DNA from: Octopus vulgaris
Taxonomy: Eukaryota
Assembly (NCBI GenBank): GCA_951406725.2
Contig: OX597815.1
Span: 8,370,001-8,434,000, forward strand
Direction: 5' to 3'
DNA length: 64,000 bases
The notes under the pieces: generated by a model
Seen by the model: only the letters and a program-made list of their open reading frames with translations
Told to the model about the DNA's origin: nothing
Database searches by the model: none
Shown: piece after piece, positions 55,901 to 64,000 of the stretch
Numbering within the stretch: the stretch's first letter is position 1
Layout of the letters: each line of letters opens with the position of its first letter
Program-made: the position numbers and the translations under genes

Positions 55901-57651
55901 TTTCACATATTTTATGATCACAGAATTAATTACCTTGGGGCACACAACTGAAGATCACGCATAAACTAAACCTTCACTTCAGATCAACAACGTGCTTGCA
56001 TTTTATGGTAAACCTTTTATCAAAATGATCACAGCTTAGCCACAGCAGAGGTCTACCAATATAGAAATGACCCTAAACTGCTGCATCAGGTCCACTCTGT
56101 GAAAGTAAACACATTTTGCCACAAACAAAATGTGTACCATGTAAGAATAATCAACTTGTATATATCTATGTGGGAATTACTTCAATAATATACAGACCAA
56201 AGACATGAAATGGTTACACACGTCTGGTAAATATCTAAAGTTTGTGAAGAAAATTTTCATTAACAACAAAAATAATTCTTGAAATGTTTTTGTGTGTGAG
56301 TGTAAATTTGAGTAACTCAAGATTGTGTCAGTCGAGTTGACAGTAAAAGAATTCTAGATTACTGCAGTCAAGAACCACTTGTATAACACCATCGTTACAT
56401 TTGTATACAGTGAAGCAGTTGGGAATTCTATAACCCACAACGCTATCTCGTTCATAAAGAGCTAATGTGAAGTTACTGGCATTATTATTATTATACACAC
56501 GCCTCAGACTTGGGTTACAACTGTTACTACCTTGTTTAACACATTATATGCTACTTCCCACGTTTTATTTCAAAATCCACCACCAAGTATTGTCATCTGA
56601 GAGAAAAAAAAACTTTGGATGTTATCATTTCATTATCATTCTAAAACAATAATAAGAAGAAAAATTATAAAAAGAAAAGTTAGTAGTAAAAATAGCATTG
56701 AATAAACAAAACGTTTCCCTGAGTGTCTATCGTTATGTGCCGACCACTACAAACCCAAACACTGACGAACCGGGGTACGAGGGGTGGTGGGGTGGTGGGG
56801 TGGAGGGGGTGGGGGGAATTGAGACAACGTGACAAGGTGTTTTTGTAACTGTAAATAGATGAGCTAATTGGTATACACTGGTGACGGGGAGTGGGGCACT
56901 TTGCGTCGAGCTTTGATTGACATCGTCCCCCTTAATCCAGGCCAGCCGTCGGGACTCGAGACTAAAACCCTAATATAAACACAGAACTAAAATACACTTT
57001 ATGGTTTTCATGAAATTGATTTATGGATAATTTTTCTTTTGATAAAAATATGAACAATTGTAATAATCTTCAAGCAAACATATATATATATAAGTAGACG
57101 TGTGAAAGTATGTTGTGTATATATATATGACACACACACACAAACGTGTTAGTAGTATGTTCGCAAGCAGAGTAACACCCATTGTATTGAAAGAGTGGAT
57201 AAAAATAGAAAAAAAGCGAGAGAAAAGTCAAAAGAAGGCCGTTTTTCACACAAATATTAAATATTTGAATAAAACGTTAACATTTGCCCCAAATTATTGG
57301 GATGTGCCATTTGCCTTCAAAGACTTGTTTGGGGGTTAAGTGAACAGAGTTATTGAAGGCTATTCAAACTATATTCAATAAACACAATGAGTTTCTCAAC
57401 CAACGACAGAACGGTTCGAAACGAAGCCAAGCAACCTGACAAGGTAGTAATTGACGTAAAGCACCCAGGCCCCCCATTAAGATTTACGACCCAAGTGGTT
57501 TTCAAATATATAACCTCCACCCATTGCATCAATTACGCTCGTACGCTTCACTTCAGAATTAGAATTGGAGAGAGAGAGAGAGAGAGAGGAAGTGCGTGGA
57601 AAAAACGCTGGAAGGACATTTCTTTCTCTTCCTTTAAAAAAAAAATAAATC

Positions 57652-58073
57652 GGCAATCTTTCGTCTCTAGTAGACCTTTCCGTCGATTTCCGTAAAAATT
57701 TTTTTTTATTTTACATATGGGCTTGCGGGAACTTTTGAAGTAATGAGAGCGAAAGAGACTAAGAGAAAGCGATTGTATGACGAGGGAAGTTCTTTTGAAG
57801 TTACCGTGCATGGGAAGCATTGATGTACATGTGTGTGTGTGTTTGATGGGGTGTGGGAGACAGACAGTATGTTGTGTAAGTGAAGTGCTTCTGTTAGTGT
57901 GTGTGAAGAGACAGAGTAATGTGTGAAGAGACAGAGATAACTGAAATTTTTTACTCGGTGTATGTGTATATGTATGTATATTACTTCAAAAGTTCCCGCA
58001 AGCCCATATGTAAAAAACAAAAAATTTTTTTACGGAAATCGACGGAAAGGTCTACTAGAGACGAAAGATCGCC
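57652..58073. mobile_element. MITE/foldback element with about 93-bp inverted arms
   Basis: 57652-57744 is the near-exact reverse complement of 57980-58073. GG..CC termini. TSD unclear. Confidence 0.7.
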
Positions 58074-58816
58074 AAAAAGAAAATCATCAATATTAACGTG
58101 TAACTTTATTTCACAGCTTCACAAAACTCATCTCATCTCCATACAGTGAAATGTACAGATTTTTAGTTTTGAAATTGAAAAACACTTCCAAAAGTAAAAT
58201 ATATTTATCTACGCAAATGCGCAGACTTTCTTCCTGCTTGTAGATTCAAACACGTACTTTAATATATATATTATTCTCGACCACCCATCTCGCTGCAAGC
58301 AAGGTTATCCAGTTATAAAATCTCAACTTATTGTATACAAACAATATACATTTGGTGTGTGTAACAAACGTGTGTGAATGGAAAATTTTCGGTATTAATT
58401 ATGAGTATATATTGGTGTACTGTTGTTTGTGAATAGTATATAATTAATGTGTGTGTATACACTGTAATTATCTTGTTATTGTGGTCCCACATTCTTCACA
58501 TTATTCTGATGATAAAAAAAAAATCTCGAAATGGTATTGAGAGGTAATGGGTTTATATATATAGTTACACCTGTTTCTTGTTAGTTTCTCTTATGTCTAT
58601 AATTTTATAGATCTTTGATATGGAATATACTGGACATAAGTCTAATTATGAAGAAACATTTTTTATAAATGATTTTGCTAAAAAAAGAACAAAAAAGAAC
58701 ATGGCTAATAATAAAGGTCAGTGAAATGTAATAGATGGTGTGAACCACACACGCACATACATACATACAAATATATACATAAATATACAGTGATATATAT
58801 CAATAACTATATGTTA

Positions 58817-59731
58817 TCACTCAGGACCTATAACCAAAGCAGAAAGGGCAAACATGATAAATACGACCCCTCCAACCAATGTGACAGTTCTTGTAGAAAT
58901 CTTCTGTGCTATTATCCGGCCACCAATCACAGCTAGTCCGGTACAAAGAGAGTGTCCCAAGACACCACCAATTATAACACCATAAATATCCTCACGAGCC
59001 GCCAGAATAATCGTCGTCACCTGGGATCGATCCCCCCACTCGGCCAGAAAAGTCAGAGTCAAGGCCTGCAGGAATATCGTAGATATTAACCCGGTCAGCC
59101 ACCGCCGTCCGGGGGTTCGAATGATGCCAGTCTCTACGTCCTGAGAGTAGCTGGCCTTCTGCATTTCGTCCTCTCTCTTCTTCAGGTCGGCCTGCACTTC
59201 TTCGTACTCCTCCTGGCCATCGTCCGCGGACATTTCGTAACCGTCCTTCAGCATCTTCAGACCGAATATAGCGAAGAGCAACGAAGAGATGTAGAAGGTG
59301 TATTTCCGAGGGATAATTGTTGTAGCAAAACCGAGAATGGCAGATAAAACAGTCATAAGTGCCAGGGCTGCCATCGCTCCCAAAAACACTGTCACCCGGG
59401 AATGTCTCATGGCCATTATAGCCGCAATGAAGAAGGTTTTGTCCCCCAGTTCGGACACTATGATGACCGACAGGGAAGCAATAAAGGCATGGATGAAGCC
59501 CAAATTAGTTGATCCTATCGCTTCGGCCTCTTTCTGTGTTCCAAGGGGCCCCGTTTTGTCGACGGTGTGTGACACCCCCAGCTTGTGCTTGTTGGAACCC
59601 GGTGGTCCCGCATCGTCCTTGATTCCTGGTTCCAGCGGAACCGACTCCGCGTTAGAAGATGTGGCAACGAGCAGCAGAGAGAGACCGAACGAAGATACCA
59701 GGCACCATCTCAGCATCCACGAAACTGTCAT
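58817..59731 (-). CDS. TMEM165: TMEM165/GDT1 (UPF0016) divalent cation/H+ antiporter, intronless CDS, 304 aa
   Basis: Two E-x-G-D-[KR]-[TS] motifs (SELGDKTF, AEWGDRSQ), hydrophobic helices and an acidic central loop (QEEYEEVQADL). First in-frame ATG at 59731 is followed by a signal-peptide-like segment. TGA stop at 58817-58819. Confidence 0.96.
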   Translation of the reverse strand: MTVSWMLRWCLVSSFGLSLLLVATSSNAESVPLEPGIKDDAGPPGSNKHKLGVSHTVDKTGPLGTQKEAEAIGSTNLGFIHAFIASLSVIIVSELGDKTFFIAAIMAMRHSRVTVFLGAMAALALMTVLSAILGFATTIIPRKYTFYISSLLFAIFGLKMLKDGYEMSADDGQEEYEEVQADLKKREDEMQKASYSQDVETGIIRTPGRRWLTGLISTIFLQALTLTFLAEWGDRSQVTTIILAAREDIYGVIIGGVLGHSLCTGLAVIGGRIIAQKISTRTVTLVGGVVFIMFALSALVIGPE

Positions 59732-59803
59732 AGCACGTCCTTTCGCCAGCGTTATTTCCTGTGTAGACAGACGACTTGAATCTGCCAACTAGAACCGTCT
59801 GTT

Positions 59804-59890
59804 CTGAGGAAATAAAAATGAAGAGAAAAGTGAATTGAGAAGCGACAGAGATCAAACTACGCCCGTCTCGAATTATGTCGACAGACTTAC
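59804..59890 (-). other. Candidate 87-nt 5'-UTR intron of TMEM165
   Basis: CCG|GTAAGT donor at 59890. CTTTTCTCTTCATTTTTATTTCCTCAG| acceptor ending at 59804. Confidence 0.6.
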
Positions 59891-59960
59891 CGGAAGTTGA
59901 CTTCACCCAATACAAAGCCAGCACTTTTATTCTACGTATCGAAATAAAAATTTCGTTTGA
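59860..59960 (-). promoter_or_regulatory. Probable promoter/first-exon region
   Basis: ETS-type CCGGAAGT motif at 59891-59898 on the + strand. CpG is locally retained (about 56.7-60.4 kb) compared with the CpG-poor introns. Confidence 0.45.
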
Positions 59961-62599
59961 GTAACACCCTTACTTTCTAAAACTTAGTATATACTAAAAA
60001 TGATAAAGAGATAATCGTAATAATAATAATAATATAAAATAATATTGATGTACCTTAATGATAATCAAATATTTATACTACGTACTAAATACTAGGCCAC
60101 AAAGCAACTACAGATATTACGGGATTCATTTCTAGCTCTGTGTATAACCAGCAATTAAAATAACGACGGTAATTAGGAAGAATGGTAATTAATAATTAGT
60201 TTAATTAATTTTAGAATACCCTGAACCGATGTAGAACAGTCGTGAATAAAAGATAGCAGGTTTATTTGCGGATGAAGTAATATACACATTGCGAAAGAAG
60301 CAAGGTGAACAAATGTCAGAGACAGGGAGGTGTGTATGACGTGTCTATATTCATGTGCGTATACACGTTCAGCGCCGCCCGCCCTGTACAGGATCGCGTG
60401 AACCTATTACCAAATATTTTCCAGACAAGACTAGTTTAGTGTGGTCCATACAGCATTATCCGATATGTCCTTTTCCAAGAGGGCAGGGCGTGAGCTGAAG
60501 AAAAATTTGGCTGTTATTTCTAGCAGGTCCAGTGACCCCCGTGCAGGTTTTTTTGTGTGTGCATGTGTAACGTGTAAGTTATACATTACGGAAGGTTGCT
60601 GTAGTCGTCCCCAAGTCAATCTTATTCAACAGACATGATCAAAGATATTCCGACCATGACCATCTCGTCTTTTATTTATTTATTTTTTTTTTGTCTTTGT
60701 CAAGGGCCAATTTGATAAAATTATCTTTTTATCTTTTACTTAGTTCAGTCATTGGACTACAGCCATGATGGGGGCCCCATTTTAAAGAATTTTTAGTCCA
60801 TAGAAAACATTTAAAAATCCTGGTACTTTTATGCTATCGATCTCTTGGACTGAACCGCTAAGTTACGGGGACGGAAACACCAATACCAGGTGTAAAGCGG
60901 TGGTGGGGTATAAAAGCACCCACACACACGACAGGCTTCTTTCAGTTTCCGTCAACCACATCCATTCACGAAGCTCAAGTCGGCCCGGGGCTCCAGCAAG
61001 AAGTGCCACGCAGTGGGACTGAACTCAAAGCCATGTGCTTGGGAAGAAAGCTTCTTACCACACAGCGACGCCTGCACCTCTGTTTTATTGCCATGGAAGA
61101 TCCTCATTAATAATAAGGCCTCGGATTTGGAAAGACCATGCTGTGTGCTGTTCGTGTTAGGGGAGGAGATACAATGAAGTTTGTTGATGTGAGCAGAGCT
61201 TGTTTGTTTTTGTTTTACCTCTGGCATGGCCTTTCACTGTCTCTTGTTCATGGACATGTTGCTGTGATGTAACACGTACTTGTGGCTGTTAATCGATACA
61301 AGTAAATGTTACCGTGATGTGACCCTGTATATGTGTTGTAACACATGTAAGGGTTGTTTAGGTGTACAGGTTGTAATGCAATCATCATCGTCATCGTCAT
61401 CGTTTAACGTCCGTTTTCCATGCTAGCATGGGTTGGACGGTTCGACCGGGGTCTGGGAAGCCAGGAGGCTGCTCCAGTCTTATCTGGCAGTGTTTCTACA
61501 GCTGGATGCCCTTCCTAACGCCAACCACTCCGTGAGTGTAGTGGGTGCTTGAAGTAATCACAATGACTAATATTCTACAACTAGTTGGTTTTATATATAC
61601 CATCATCATCGTTTAACGTCCGTTTTCCATGCTAGCATGGGACGGACGGTTTGACCAGGGTCTGGGAAGCCAGGAGGCTCCACCAGGCTCCAGTCTGATC
61701 TGGCAGTGTTTCTACAGCTGGATGCCCTTCCTAACACCAACTACTCCGAGAGTGTAGTGGGTGCTTTTACGTGCCAGCGGCACTGATGCCAGGCGAGGCT
61801 GGCAATGGCCACGATCGGTTGGTGCTTTTTACGTGCCACCCACACAGGTGCCAGGGGAGGCTGGCAACGGCCATGATCGGTTGGTGCTTTTTACGTGCCA
61901 CCCACACAGGTGCCAGGGGAGGCTGGCAACGGCCATGATCGGTTGGTGCTTTAACGTGCCATCGGCACAGGTATCACAACTACAATTTCCATTGATTTTT
62001 TGATCGATTTCGATTTCACTTGCCTCAACAGGTGTTCACAAGCAGAGTTTTGTGTCCAAAGAAGGAAAGGTATACATAAGTGAACTGGTTACATCCCAGG
62101 TAATGGTCACACAAATTGTGATGTAATACATGTACAGGTGGTTGTGCTATAAAACGTACATGGTTCTGTGATCTGATGCATGTACATGTTGGTGTGATGC
62201 ATCAGCTGCATAGCTGCAAGAGAACTTAAGGTTGAACACTGGAGAGCTATTCTGCTGCTTGACCTGTAAGAGTAGCAGTCAAATCTATCTAGAACTTTCA
62301 CCCTCTTATATAAGGCAAGGAAATATTACATACTTGTATTCCTACAAACTCCTAAAAGAAGACTGGATCGTCAGGCTTGAAATGCTGTTGATCATGAGTC
62401 TGCTCGGCCAGAGTTGAGCTGAGGTTAAAACAACAACTTAAGGTTGATCACTTAAACTACTGATATGGAATAAAAGGGATTCTCTGGATCTACTGACAAG
62501 TCCTTAGATGACATTTCTGAGCTAAGTTACAGATTGAATCTGTGTCCTTTATTTAATAATATAAATAATATGTATATATGCATATATACACACACATAG

Positions 62600-62830
62600 A
62601 TTGGCACATTTTGGTCATATTATGCGGAGAAAATCCCTGGAGAAGGACATCATGCTCAGAATGGTCAGTGGCAAGATAGGAAGAGGCCGACCAAGAACCC
62701 GCTGGCTTGACACCATTAAGAGTGACACGGGAATGGCCATAGCCAATCTGAAAGAAGCGACCCAGGATAGAATTGGCTGGAGGACACTGATCCATTGAGT
62801 AACCGAAAGTCGACTACGACTGAGCGGATA
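62600..62830 (+). mobile_element. RTE/BovB-like LINE 3' end
   Basis: GHIMRRKSLEKDIML..GKIGRGRPRTRWLD..QDRIGWR. Confidence 0.8.
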
Positions 62831-62879
62831 AATAGATAGATAGATACACACATGCATATACATGTTTACATATATATAT

Positions 62880-63220
62880 GTATATATGGGTATAGGACAT
62901 CAAAAAAACGTGAACAAATTGAGAAACGAGAACATAAAAAACAAGAGCATGGAAAACGAACTTTTTTTTTGTACAACTAAAGTAACAAATAGATAAACGA
63001 CACAGGCAAAGTAGAGAACAATCCCTTCATCAGTTGTCCCCTGTTTTATCTACTCCATGTTTCGAAGGTAGGGACAAGACGCGACTTTGTTAAAACAGTC
63101 CTTCCCGCAAAGCAAATTAAATAAAATTTGGGATTTTTTGCGGAGGGTTAAAGTGGTAACAAAAACAGGACAGTAAGAACAAACAGTGAGGGCTGTTAAG
63201 CCATAACGAGGTGAAGTGGT
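62880..63220 (-). mobile_element. Second member of the same T-rich repeat family
   Basis: Shares blocks GGCTTA.AGCCCTC, GGAAGGACT, CCTTCGAAAC, CTGATGAAGGG and GTCCT.TAC with 37370-37790. Confidence 0.55.
63023..63083 (-). ncRNA. Candidate non-circularly permuted hammerhead, second copy
   Basis: CGCG-TC-TTGTCCC-ta-CCTTC-GAAA-CATG-(linker)-GGGACAA-CTGATGA-AGGG. Confidence 0.6.
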
Positions 63221-63620
63221 GAACACTGGGAAAATGAGCTTTGAGAAGAGACAGGCAAAAGCACGTCTTATCTTTAGAAAGGAAGTGGAAGAAAGAAAGA
63301 TAGAGTCAAGGAGGAAGAGTGAGAGAGAGAGGGGGAATGGTGAAGGGCAGAGGAGAAGAATTAGAGAAAGGGTGGGAGAGAAAACCAGAAAGGAAGTATC
63401 CTTTATTTAATAACTGGGTTTGCTATTCTAACCACTGGCCAAAGCAGAGCAGTACTGCAATTAAAAAATAAAGACTTTAGGTACAGGTATGACTGTGTGG
63501 TAAGAAGTTTGCTTCCCATCCACATGGTTCAGGGTTCAGTCTCACTGTGTGGCACCTTGGGTGTTTTTTACTATGGCCCTAGGCCAACCAAAGTCTTCCT
63601 TGGATCTTTCCTTTTCCTAT

Positions 63621-63655
63621 GTTTCTGACGAAGAGCTCCGCTCAAAACGTTAAAT
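63621..63655 (+). ncRNA. Decayed minimal hammerhead (G12 to A)
   Basis: GTTT-CTGACGA-aGAGCtccGCTC-aAAA-CGT-TA-AAT. Confidence 0.45.
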
Positions 63656-64000
63656 CCTCCTTTCTTTCCTTTCCTGAGTGTCCAATAACACTATACTTGT
63701 TCCACATCCTCGCGTTGTGTTTTCATGTTTGGATTAACTTTATATATATAGTTAAATCCAATAGATGCCCTTCCTAACGAGAGTGGTTGGCGTTAGGAAG
63801 GGCATCCAGCTGTAGAAACTCTGCCAGATCAAGATTGGAACCTAGCGCAGCCATCTGGTTCGCCAGTCCTCAGTCAAATCGTCCAACTCATGCTAGCATG
63901 GAAAGCAGACGTTAAACGATGATGATGATGATGATGATGTGAGTGTTTGTCCCCTGCCACTGCTTGGCAATTGGTGTTTGTTTGTTTACATCCCTGTAGC

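Noticed and set aside
56762-56816. CTGACGA word and adjacent G-tract
   Set aside because: No GAAA or closing stems, so it is not a hammerhead. The G-run is on the non-mRNA strand and has no further support.
59732-59788. N-terminal extension of TMEM165 from the ORF track
   Set aside because: It begins at TTG directly after an in-frame TAG. The ATG at 59731 precedes the signal-peptide-like segment.
59298-59792. 164-aa plus-strand ORF
   Set aside because: Antisense shadow of the GC-rich TMEM165 CDS, with a GTG start and no recognisable domain.

Overview
AT-rich, repeat-dense eukaryotic DNA. The SINE families and long (TA)n/(CA)n tracts suggest an octopus (coleoid cephalopod) genome; this is inferred, not database-confirmed. 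Two host genes lie on the minus strand. The first is a single-exon CDS for the Golgi Ca2+/Mn2+ antiporter TMEM165/GDT1 (58817-59731). The second is four 5' exons of mitochondrial acetoacetyl-CoA thiolase ACAT1 (33522-33575, 27122-27239, 25187-25282, 491-591), which continues off the left edge. The introns are filled with SINEs, RTE/CR1/Dong LINE fragments, mariner relics and MITEs. The main unannotated signal is about ten hammerhead-ribozyme motifs in Penelope-like repeat fragments. Several are intact minimal type I motifs. One repeat family (37592-37652 +, 63023-63083 -) has the three hammerhead segments in a non-circularly permuted (pseudoknotted) order with compensatory base changes. A second hypothesis is that the intronless TMEM165 is a retrogene inside ACAT1 intron 1, sharing its promoter and first exon. 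Repeat boundaries were read by eye and are approximate.
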